Origin: Candidatus Binataceae bacterium
GTDB taxonomy: Bacteria; Desulfobacterota; Binatia; Binatales; Binataceae
Direction: 5' to 3'
Length of the DNA: 51,007 nt
Assembly: GCA_050010455.1 (NCBI GenBank)
Contig: JBEKLA010000025.1
Location: forward strand, 1-51,007
The notes below the pieces were generated by a model. It was not told where the DNA came from. It ran no database searches and saw only the letters and a program-made list of their open reading frames with translations. Positions 37,899 to 45,987 of this stretch are shown here, piece by piece. Made by a program: the position numbers and the translations under genes. Every line of letters starts with the position of its first letter. The first letter of the stretch is position 1.

Positions 37899-38198
37899 AT
37901 GCCGAAGGGAGCTGTCAAGCTTGGCCCCGAGGCGGTCCGCCAGTTCAAGGCGCTCAGCGCCTCCGAACGCTCGCGGCTCAAAGCGGCAATGCAGGCCGCG
38001 CTCGGCGAAGATGATGCCGCCGCTGAGAACAAAAACCGCTTCCGCTTGCGCCGGCCCTCTGGGCAGTCCGAGTGCGAGTTCCGAGAGGGCGATCTGCGCG
38101 TCTTCTATCGCGTCGAAGATGACCAGGTGCTGGTCGACGCCATCGGGCGCAAGCGTGGCAATCAGCTTTTCATCGGCGGCAGGAGGGTGACTCTATGA
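37899..38198 (+). CDS. RelE/ParE superfamily type II toxin
   Basis: ORF trimmed to ATG 37899 (MPKGAVKL). The C-terminal pattern FREGDLRVFYRVEDDQVLVDAIGRKRGN is typical of RelE/ParE. Confidence 0.7.
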   Translation: MPKGAVKLGPEAVRQFKALSASERSRLKAAMQAALGEDDAAAENKNRFRLRRPSGQSECEFREGDLRVFYRVEDDQVLVDAIGRKRGNQLFIGGRRVTL

Positions 38199-38437
38199 AG
38201 ATCGAGAACATTCGCGAGGTCAAAACGCGGTTCAGCCGCTACGTCAAGGAGCTGCCCAAAAGCGGCTCGGTCCTCATCACCAAGAACGGCCGGCCGTGCG
38301 CCGCGCTAGTGCCAGTCACCGAGGACACCGACCTCGAGGCCCTGGCGCTGTCCCAGAACAAGCGCTTCTGGAAACTCATCGATGACGCGATCGCACGCGG
38401 GAAAAAAGAGGGTTTCGTCGATCTGGCGGACCTCTAA
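38195..38437 (+). CDS. Phd/YefM family antitoxin
   Basis: IREVKTRFSRYVKEL...VLITKNGRPCAALVPV. The start overlaps the toxin stop (ATGA at 38195-38198). Confidence 0.8.
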   Translation: MKIENIREVKTRFSRYVKELPKSGSVLITKNGRPCAALVPVTEDTDLEALALSQNKRFWKLIDDAIARGKKEGFVDLADL

Positions 38438-38502
38438 GGCGACGCAGCGCTAATAGCCGTCAGCAGCTGGTGCAGGTCCGGGCCGCGATCGCGGCCTCTC
38501 CC

Positions 38503-39492
38503 TCAATGCGCAAACTCGGGCATCACCTGGTTGGCGAACAGATCGACCGTCTCTTCCGACGTCGGGAAGACGATGAAATAGGTCATCCCGGTCTCCTCGA
38601 TCCGCGCCCGAAGCTCGCGCTTCACCTCGTCGGGAGTTCCGACCAGCACCACGGGCGCGCGCCGCGCCGCTTCTTCGTTGGGGAAGCCCATCTGCGCGAC
38701 GGTTGCGCGCACGGCGGCGTCGGCGTCGCTCTTGCTCTTCGCGACGGTCAGCGCGACCAGCCCGCCGATCTCGATGTCCTCGGGCTTGCGGCCGGCCTCC
38801 GTGGCGAACTGATGCAGCATCTGGATGCGGCGCTTGAGTGTGGGCCGGTCGAATTTCACCAGCACGGCGTGATCGGCGGAGTAGGGATCCTTGCCGTGGA
38901 GCACCGGCGGGATGAGATTGATGATATCGGCTTCGGCGCCGGCGATCTGAAGCACCTTTGGCCCGGAACCGCCGATCATGATTGGCGGATACGGCTTTTG
39001 CGTCGGGCGCGGATTGCAGTAGGCCTTGTCGATCGAAAAATAGCGCCCCTTGTAAACCGGTTCGGCCTGCGTCCACATCGCCTTGATTAACTTGACGCCT
39101 TCGCCGAGCTGAGCGATGCGCTCAGCATTCGAAGGATATGGGACGGCGTGGGCGTGATACTCCTCGGGCTGCCATCCGGCGCCCAGACCGAGGTCGAGGC
39201 GGCCGTTGCTGAAGATGTCGAGCGTCGAGGCGATCTTGGCCAGCAGCGGCGGCGGACGAAACGACATCGCCGCCACACAGGGTCCGAACCGGAGCTTGGT
39301 GGTCGCGGCCGCGATCGCGGTCAACGTCGTGAAGCACTCCAACTGCGGCGTCTGCGGCGGGCCGAACGGCGTGAAGTAGTGATCATTGAGGTTCATCGAG
39401 TAGAAGCCCTGGGCCTCGGCGGCTTTGGCCGCTCGCAGGACGGCCGCCAGGTCGCCGCTGATTGAGAATAATCCGAACTTTATCTTACGCAT
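38503..39492 (-). CDS. LLM class flavin/F420-dependent oxidoreductase
   Basis: ORF trimmed to ATG 39490-39492 (AAGGAG upstream). GFYSMNLNDH, GRLDLGLGAGWQPEEYHA, PYPPIMIGG. Confidence 0.8.
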   Translation of the reverse strand: MRKIKFGLFSISGDLAAVLRAAKAAEAQGFYSMNLNDHYFTPFGPPQTPQLECFTTLTAIAAATTKLRFGPCVAAMSFRPPPLLAKIASTLDIFSNGRLDLGLGAGWQPEEYHAHAVPYPSNAERIAQLGEGVKLIKAMWTQAEPVYKGRYFSIDKAYCNPRPTQKPYPPIMIGGSGPKVLQIAGAEADIINLIPPVLHGKDPYSADHAVLVKFDRPTLKRRIQMLHQFATEAGRKPEDIEIGGLVALTVAKSKSDADAAVRATVAQMGFPNEEAARRAPVVLVGTPDEVKRELRARIEETGMTYFIVFPTSEETVDLFANQVMPEFAH

Positions 39493-39663
39493 CCGCTGAG
39501 ACTCCTTGCTTCCGCGACGTTCACGACCGTCGTGGGCATTTATCGGCTTCGTCGATTCGTGTATCAAACAAACAGTTCATCTGCAAAATACCGGATGCGA
39601 TTTCTAATGTGTCGGCGCCGAATGATGACGAACGATGACCACAAAACTGAGCGCTAATTCTCG

Positions 39664-40824
39664 ATGAGCCTCAAACGTAAGACCGCGATCGCAGGAGTTT
39701 ACGAGCATCCCAGCCGGTTCGCGCCGGACAAGAGCATGTTCCAGCTCCAGGCCGAGGCGGCGCGCGGCGCGCTGGCCGACGCGGGGCTCACTATCAAAGA
39801 TGTCGACGGGCTGTTCAGCACCGGAATCGGCATGAGCGCGATGGGGGTGGTCGGGCTTGCCGACTATCTCAACCTCACCCCCAATTACGTCGATTCGACC
39901 GCGATCGGCGGCTCGTCATTCGTCGCGCATACCGCGCATGCGGCGGCCGCGATCGCCGCCGGACTATGCAGCGTCGCGCTGATAACCTACGGCTCGACCG
40001 CGGCGTCGCGTCGTTTCGCGATCGGCACCGGCGGAATCGGCGGCGGCTCCGACCCGTGCGATCAGTACGAGGTCCCGTTCGGTCCTACCACGGTGGGATC
40101 GTACGCGATGGTGGCGCAGCGCCATATGCATGAGTACGGCACCACCTCCGAGCAACTGGCCGAGATCGCGGTCACGATGCGGCTGCACGCCGCGATGAAT
40201 CCGCACGCCAAGTATCGCGAGCCGCTCACGGTCGAGGATGTGCTCGCGTCGCGGGTCATTTCGTCGCCGCTGCATCTGCTCGATTGCTGCATAATCAGCG
40301 ACGGCGCCGGCGCGGTGGTGGTGACGTCGGCGGAGCGCGCCCGCGACTTGAAGAAGCGTCCGGCCTACCTGCTGGGCGCGGGCGAGACCGTACGCCACAG
40401 CGGACGCGGCGTGCGCGATTATCTCGAAATGGCGGCGGCGCAATCGGAGCGGCTCGCGTTCGAGCGCGCCGGCGTCAGCCACGGCGATATCGATCTCGCG
40501 ATGATCTACGATTCGTTCACGATCACCGTGCTGCTGACGCTCGAGAATCTGGGCTTCTGCGGGCGCGGCGAGGGCGGCGCCTTCGTGAGCGGCGGACGGC
40601 TGCGCTTCGACGGCGCGCTGCCGGTCAACACCGACGGCGGCGGCCTGTCGTCGAATCATCCCGGGATGCGCGGAATCTTTCTGGTAATCGAGGCGGTCCG
40701 GCAATTGCGCGGCGAGTGCGGCCCGCGCCAGGTCAGGGATTGCGACGTCGCGCTCGTGCACGGCACCGGCGGAACGCTGGGCCAGAGGCATTCCGGCGCG
40801 ACGCTGATTTTAGCGAATCAGTAG
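39664..40824 (+). CDS. SCP-x/Ltp-type thiolase-fold protein (thiolase or retro-aldolase)
   Basis: VNTDGGGLSSNHPGMRG and VALVHGTGG resemble the SCP-x thiolase C-terminus. Where the nucleophile Cys is expected, before the G-S-S segment, I read TAIGGSS with no Cys (by-eye alignment). Confidence 0.8.
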   Translation: MSLKRKTAIAGVYEHPSRFAPDKSMFQLQAEAARGALADAGLTIKDVDGLFSTGIGMSAMGVVGLADYLNLTPNYVDSTAIGGSSFVAHTAHAAAAIAAGLCSVALITYGSTAASRRFAIGTGGIGGGSDPCDQYEVPFGPTTVGSYAMVAQRHMHEYGTTSEQLAEIAVTMRLHAAMNPHAKYREPLTVEDVLASRVISSPLHLLDCCIISDGAGAVVVTSAERARDLKKRPAYLLGAGETVRHSGRGVRDYLEMAAAQSERLAFERAGVSHGDIDLAMIYDSFTITVLLTLENLGFCGRGEGGAFVSGGRLRFDGALPVNTDGGGLSSNHPGMRGIFLVIEAVRQLRGECGPRQVRDCDVALVHGTGGTLGQRHSGATLILANQ

Positions 40825-40834
40825 AGTTTGTCTG

Positions 40835-41272
40835 ATGGCTGACGACAAGAAGAAAAACTCCAAGCCTTTGCCGCATATCGACGAGGAGAGCCGGCCGTGG
40901 TGGGAGGCGCTCAAGCGTCACGAGCTGTATATCCAGAAATGCCGCGATTGCGGCGCGCTGAGATATTATCCGCGCGCGCTCTGTCCGGAGTGCCTGTCTT
41001 CGGGCACGCAGTGGATACGATGCGCCGGAACGGGCTCGGTCTACACGTTTACCGTCACCCATCAGAATCAGGCAGCGGGTTTTCGCGATTCGCTACCCTA
41101 CGTGATGGCCTACGTCGAGCTGGCGGAAGGCGTCAAGATGTTGACCAATCTTGTCGACTGCGCGCCGGATGAGGTTAAAATAGGAATGCCCGTCGAGGTC
41201 GTATACGAGGATGTCACGCCCGAGGTGACCCTCGCGAAGTTTCGCCCGGCGAGGCAGGAGAAACATCCCTAG
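40835..41272 (+). CDS. DUF35 Zn-ribbon/OB-fold protein (thiolase partner)
   Basis: CRDCGALRYYPRALCPEC zinc ribbon followed by an OB-like segment GSVYTFTV...VELAEGVKMLTNL. Confidence 0.85.
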   Translation: MADDKKKNSKPLPHIDEESRPWWEALKRHELYIQKCRDCGALRYYPRALCPECLSSGTQWIRCAGTGSVYTFTVTHQNQAAGFRDSLPYVMAYVELAEGVKMLTNLVDCAPDEVKIGMPVEVVYEDVTPEVTLAKFRPARQEKHP

Positions 41273-41955
41273 TGGCCACCACTCTCGATTTGCATTGTCA
41301 CAGCGAAGCCTCGGAGGATAGCCGCGCGCCGGTCGAAGCCTATCTCAACTGGATCAAATTACGCCGCGACGAACGCCCGCTCGACGGTATCGTCCTGACC
41401 GAGCATCGCCAGTTCAATCGCGACGGCGACTATCGCGCGCTCGAAGACCGTTTCGGAATCCTGGTGCTCAAGGCCTCCGAGGTCGAGACCGATTACGGCC
41501 ATATGCTGGTGTTCGGCGTCAACGACGATATCATTCGGCGATTCGATTTCGCCGACGTCCGGCTCGAGGCCCAGGGGCTAATCGACGGCGTCGCCGCGAT
41601 GGGCGGCGTGGTTGTGCCGTGCCATCCGGGGCGTCCCAATATCGGGCTGTGCGATCATTACGACAAGAAGCCGCCGCTCGAAAATGTGATCGCGGCCGAG
41701 CTGTACAACGGGGGATCGCGCAAGGGCGAGAACGAACGCGCCGCGGAATTGATCGAGCGTTACGGCTATCGCGCAACCGGCGGTTCGGACAGCCATCTGG
41801 TGAGCCTGATCGGGCTTTGCGCGACGCGCTTCGAGGCCGACGTCAGGACGATCGACGCGCTGGTATCGGAACTCAAGGACGGCCGCTACGAGGCGGTCGA
41901 TTTTCGTCCGCGCCGCAAAGCCGTCCCGCGCGCGATTCCAGTCGAGGCCCGTTAG
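41272..41955 (+). CDS. PHP-domain metal-dependent phosphoesterase
   Basis: LDLHCHSEASEDS, LTEHRQF, VPCHPGRP, GGSDSH. The GTG start overlaps the DUF35 stop by 1 nt (TAGTG). Confidence 0.8.
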   Translation: MATTLDLHCHSEASEDSRAPVEAYLNWIKLRRDERPLDGIVLTEHRQFNRDGDYRALEDRFGILVLKASEVETDYGHMLVFGVNDDIIRRFDFADVRLEAQGLIDGVAAMGGVVVPCHPGRPNIGLCDHYDKKPPLENVIAAELYNGGSRKGENERAAELIERYGYRATGGSDSHLVSLIGLCATRFEADVRTIDALVSELKDGRYEAVDFRPRRKAVPRAIPVEAR

Positions 41956-42149
41956 GGGCATTGCATCCGAAAGGAGACTTTTACGTAACTTCTGGTGTAT
42001 GGGAATCGGGATCTCGCGCTCCGCTCGAAATGACAGGCGAAAAGCCATCTTTTGTCGTTCCGAGCACAGCGAGGAATCCCGGCTTCCACGGAATCTTGCG
42101 TCGGCCACTCCCGCGGAAAGTCGAAGAAGCGAAGAATGGTAGATAAGCT

Positions 42150-42596
42150 ATGGCGGTAGAATACGACCCGGCTTTAATCGGCAGGGTATTCGAGCGGACC
42201 GAGCCGCAGCCGGTCACGGCCGAAGACATCAGGATGTTTTGCGAGTCGATCGGCGAGACCAATGCGCTGTTCACCGACGAGGCCGCGGCGAGCGCCGGGC
42301 CCTGGGGCGGATTGATCGCGCCGCCGTCGTTCGCGGTGACGTTTCGCAACGGGCGCCATTTCTTCAGCCAGGTTCCGCGCTTCGGCTCGACCGGCTTCGA
42401 CGCGGGCAAGGACGTCGAATTCATCGCGCCGATCCGGCCGGGCGACCAAATCCGGCTCGAATCGCACGTCAAGGAGATTTACGAGAAGACCGGACGCAGC
42501 GGCTCGATGGTCTTCGTGATCATTCGCTGCACGCTGCGCAACCAGAAGGATGAAGTCGTGGCCCATATCGACCATCGCTTCATGAGCAAGCCCTGA
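42150..42596 (+). CDS. MaoC_dehydrat_N-type hot-dog protein (hydratase subunit)
   Basis: 148 aa. FCESIGETNALFTDE, GGLIAPPSF. Paired with a MaoC gene 8 nt downstream. Confidence 0.7.
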   Translation: MAVEYDPALIGRVFERTEPQPVTAEDIRMFCESIGETNALFTDEAAASAGPWGGLIAPPSFAVTFRNGRHFFSQVPRFGSTGFDAGKDVEFIAPIRPGDQIRLESHVKEIYEKTGRSGSMVFVIIRCTLRNQKDEVVAHIDHRFMSKP

Positions 42597-42604
42597 GTTC
42601 CGCG

Positions 42605-43039
42605 ATGGCCACCAATCAGCTAATCGATTTCGAAACGCTCAAAGTCGGCGACACGCTTGGCCCCGAGCATCTGTTCGTCGGCAAGCAACACACGAGGCTT
42701 TTCGTGCGCGCCGCGCACATGGACTCGCCGCGTTTCACCGACGACGATTGGGCGCGTTCGCAGGGGCTGCCCGGAGCGATCCTGCCCGGCAACATGAGTC
42801 TCAGCCTGCTGACCAAGCTGCTGACCGATTGGATCGGCAACGCCAACGCGCGATTGGTGCGGCTGGGCACCACTTATCGCTCGCCGGTGGTGACCGAGCA
42901 TACGGTTACGATGCAGGGATTTGTCACTCACACCAATCCCGCCGAGCGCACCGCCGATATCGATCTGTGGATGGAAAACGAGGACGCCGACCGGCTGGTG
43001 ATCGGCACCGCGACCGTCCATTTTCCGGCCAAGAACTAG
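42605..43039 (+). CDS. MaoC-like (R)-specific enoyl-CoA hydratase hot-dog protein
   Basis: 144 aa. FVRAAHMDSPRFTDDDWARSQGLPGAILPGNM fits the MaoC hydratase motif region. Confidence 0.75.
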   Translation: MATNQLIDFETLKVGDTLGPEHLFVGKQHTRLFVRAAHMDSPRFTDDDWARSQGLPGAILPGNMSLSLLTKLLTDWIGNANARLVRLGTTYRSPVVTEHTVTMQGFVTHTNPAERTADIDLWMENEDADRLVIGTATVHFPAKN

Positions 43040-43055
43040 CCGACCGGTAGCGCGG

Positions 43056-44003
43056 TTGGACTCCCCACTAAACCAGGCAACCAGCCGCAAGCGATTCGCG
43101 ACCGCCCTGGGGTGCATCTGCGCCGCAGCGGCCGTCTTGGTGCTTACCCTCGCGCCGCGCGCGAGCGCGCAGGAACTGCCCCGAATCGCCAACCAACTCA
43201 GCGGAAGTGACTTCCTGTACGCGGTCAAGCCCAAAGACACTATCGTCAGTATCGGATCGCGCTACGGCGTCGGACCGTCGGTGCTCGCGGCCAGCAATGC
43301 GCTCGAAACCTCGGCGCGGATAAAACCGGGCGACGTCCTCCAAATCGATAACCGGCACGTCGTTCCGCGCGAACTCGACGACGGTGTCGTGATCAACGTG
43401 CCGCAGCGGATGCTGTTCCTGTTTGCCGATGGCAAGCTGGTCAGCAGCTACCCGGTCGCGCTGGGCCGTCCGACCTGGCCCACCTCGACCGGCCGCTTCC
43501 GCGTAATTGAAAAACGGGAGCATCCCACCTGGCACGTGCCGGCTTCGATCCAGCGCGAGATGGAGGAAGAAGGCAAGGACGTCATCGACAGCGTCGAGCC
43601 CGGACCGGACAATCCGCTCGGCGATTACTGGGTAGGCCTGAACCTCGGCGGCTACGGTATCCACAGCACCAACGTGCCGCTCAGCATCTACGGATTCCGC
43701 ACCCACGGATGCATCCGGCTGCATCCCGACGACGCGGCCGGGCTTTTCAAGCAGGTGAAAATCGGCGAGCACGGCCGGATAATCTATGCGCCGGTGCTGA
43801 TGGCGGCGCTCGACGACGGCCGCGTTTTTGTCGAGGTGCATCGCGATATTTACAAAAAATCGTGCCCCGCGATGGTGGCGATTCACACACTTGCCGATTC
43901 CAACCATCTCGCAAATATGATTGACTGGAGCCGGGTGTCAGAGATAGCTAATAGCAGGGAAGGACTGGCCCGCGACATATCGCTTAAGAGCGATCGCAAG
44001 TAG
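43056..44003 (+). CDS. LysM-domain L,D-transpeptidase (YkuD family)
   Basis: TTG start and signal peptide. LysM segment YAVKPKDTIVSIGSRYGVGPSVLAASNAL. Catalytic GIHSTNVP...GFRTHGCIRL. Confidence 0.85.
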   Translation: MDSPLNQATSRKRFATALGCICAAAAVLVLTLAPRASAQELPRIANQLSGSDFLYAVKPKDTIVSIGSRYGVGPSVLAASNALETSARIKPGDVLQIDNRHVVPRELDDGVVINVPQRMLFLFADGKLVSSYPVALGRPTWPTSTGRFRVIEKREHPTWHVPASIQREMEEEGKDVIDSVEPGPDNPLGDYWVGLNLGGYGIHSTNVPLSIYGFRTHGCIRLHPDDAAGLFKQVKIGEHGRIIYAPVLMAALDDGRVFVEVHRDIYKKSCPAMVAIHTLADSNHLANMIDWSRVSEIANSREGLARDISLKSDRK

Positions 44004-44006
44004 CAC

Positions 44007-44585
44007 ATGATCACTCCACTCGAGGAAGACGATCGGTTAGCGAGGTTGACTCGCCGTCGTTTCCTCAGGATAGGCGCACTCTCGGCGACATCGTTGTTAT
44101 TGCCCGGCGCGGCGTGGGCGCGATTGCGAGCCCCGGCGGCACGCGCCCGATCACTCGCGTTCTACAACACCCATACCGGCGAGAGCTTGAGTACGGTGTA
44201 CTGGGAGAAGGGCCGCTACATTCCCGGCGCGCTCGACGAAATCAACTTTATCATGCGCGATTTCCGCGCCAACGAGATCCTGCCGATCGAGGTGCCGCTG
44301 CTCGACCTGCTGCATACGATCTCGCGACACCTGAATACGAGCCAGCCGTTCCACATTATCTCCGGCTATCGTTCGCCGGCGACCAACGCGATGCTGGCGG
44401 CGCAGAGCGAGGGCGTCGCGCTCCACAGCCTGCATCAGTACGGCATGGCGGCTGATATCCGCGTGCCGGGACGCCATCTGGCGAGGCTGCGTCGAGTGGC
44501 CGTCGCGCTGCGCGGCGGCGGCGTCGGCTACTATCCCAGTTCGGATTTCATCCACGTCGACATCGGCCGCGTCAGATACTGGTAA
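44007..44585 (+). CDS. DUF882 / peptidase M15A family protein, Tat-exported (YcbK/MepK-like)
   Basis: Twin-arginine signal LTRRRFLRIGALSATSLL. SGYRSPATN, SLHQYGMAADI, SSDFIHVDIG. Confidence 0.8.
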   Translation: MITPLEEDDRLARLTRRRFLRIGALSATSLLLPGAAWARLRAPAARARSLAFYNTHTGESLSTVYWEKGRYIPGALDEINFIMRDFRANEILPIEVPLLDLLHTISRHLNTSQPFHIISGYRSPATNAMLAAQSEGVALHSLHQYGMAADIRVPGRHLARLRRVAVALRGGGVGYYPSSDFIHVDIGRVRYW

Positions 44586-44735
44586 TCGCGGATCGCTGTT
44601 CCGGAACACGTAGGTAGCGTTATGCGCGCGCCACGCGTGTGATCAACGCGATCGCGAAACCGGATTTCAGGTATCTTCAGGTATCTTTCGAATTAGCTCG
44701 TTGACGTTGTGCGGCTTGCGATGTGTGCGTGGGGA

Positions 44736-45872
44736 CTAGCCGAACATCTCTTTGATCTTGTCGACGAAGCCCTTGGAGAGCGGATGGGTGACGTCTTCGC
44801 CGGAGACCTTGGCGAACTCCTCGAGCAGCTCGCGCTGGCGCGCGGAGAGCCGCCGCGGCGTCTCGACCACGATTCGCACCAGTTCGTCGCCGCGGCCGTA
44901 GCCGTGAAGGTCTACGAACCCTTTGCCCTTGAGCCGGAAGACTTTGCCCGATTGAGTGCCGGGCGGAAGCTTGAGCTTGACCTTGCCGTCTAGCGTGGGC
45001 ACTTCGATTTCGACGCCGAGCGCCGCCTGCGGGAAGCTCACCGGCACTTCGACGATCACCTCGTTGTCCTGGCGCGTGAAGATCGCATGCTCGCGCACGT
45101 GCACGACGACATAGAGATCGCCGGCCGGTCCGTTGGCGAATCCGGCCTCGCCCTCGCCCCGCAGCTTCAGGCGTGAACCGTTATCGACTCCGGGCGGGAT
45201 ACGCACCGAGAGCGACTGGAGCTTGCGCACGCGTCCCTGCCCCTGGCACTTGGGACACGGGTCGGAAATGATCGAGCCCTCGCCGCGGCATGAGCCGCAG
45301 GTGGTCGAAATCGAGAAGAAACCCTGCTGCGTCCGCACCTGGCCGGTGCCACGGCAATTGGGGCAGGTGCGCGAGCCGCTGCCGTCGCGAGAGCGATTAC
45401 CGTCGCACGCCTCGCACAGGGAGAGCCGCGCGATTTTGACGACCTTCTCGGTACCGCGGGCCGCCTCCTCGAACTCGATTTCCAAATCGTAGCGGAGGTC
45501 GTCGCCGCGCCGGGTCCGCGTGCGCGCCCGCCCTCGTCCGGTGCCGAAGAAATCGCCAAAGATGTCGGAGAAGACGTCCTCGAAGCCCTGCGAGAAATCG
45601 AAGCCACCGAAACCGCCGCCGCCCTGCGGCCCCTGAAACGCGGCATGACCAAAGCGGTCGTATTGTGCGCGCTTTTCGGGATCGGAGAGAACCTGGTAAG
45701 CCTCGTTGGCTTCCTTGAAGCGTTCCTCGGCCTGTTTGTCGCCGGGATTGCGGTCCGGATGGCACTGAATCGCGAGGCGCCGGTAGGCTTTCTTCAGCTC
45801 CTCATCCGATACGCCGCGGGCGACTCCGAGGACTTCGTAATAGTCGCGCTTATTGTTGTTGTTACCTGGCAT
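44736..45872 (-). CDS. dnaJ: Molecular chaperone DnaJ
   Basis: J domain DYYEVLGV...HPDRNP, G/F region, four CxxCxGxG repeats. Confidence 0.95.
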   Translation of the reverse strand: MPGNNNNKRDYYEVLGVARGVSDEELKKAYRRLAIQCHPDRNPGDKQAEERFKEANEAYQVLSDPEKRAQYDRFGHAAFQGPQGGGGFGGFDFSQGFEDVFSDIFGDFFGTGRGRARTRTRRGDDLRYDLEIEFEEAARGTEKVVKIARLSLCEACDGNRSRDGSGSRTCPNCRGTGQVRTQQGFFSISTTCGSCRGEGSIISDPCPKCQGQGRVRKLQSLSVRIPPGVDNGSRLKLRGEGEAGFANGPAGDLYVVVHVREHAIFTRQDNEVIVEVPVSFPQAALGVEIEVPTLDGKVKLKLPPGTQSGKVFRLKGKGFVDLHGYGRGDELVRIVVETPRRLSARQRELLEEFAKVSGEDVTHPLSKGFVDKIKEMFG

Positions 45873-45987
45873 CCCGCAGCGATTGTAACCTAGATATCAC
45901 GAACAAGTAAGCGGCCGAGCCGGGTTCCACGCTAAGTCCCTCGCTCGGCCACGGGTCTTAGGCTGTCAACCAGCCAACCCGCCAAAC

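Larger units (their letters stand above)
36339..38440. other. Small accessory island wedged between metabolic genes
   Basis: Starts with a low-GC stretch (aaataatagcgttttagaatatcc...). Contains two orphan genes, a truncated hydrolase 3' end and a TA pair. No integrase or transposase. Confidence 0.55.

Noticed and set aside
41956-42149. 47-codon ATG ORF (MGIGISRSARNDRRK...) in the gap before the MaoC pair, and the 163-aa minus ORF 41981..42472
   Set aside because: No RBS, Arg/Ser-rich composition, and the minus ORF overlaps the well-supported MaoC_N gene. The gap is left as unexplained non-coding sequence.
44666-44685. Tandem decamer TTCAGGTATC x2 downstream of the DUF882 gene and of dnaJ
   Set aside because: Only two copies, no further context, lying between convergent gene ends. 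It is too short to interpret.
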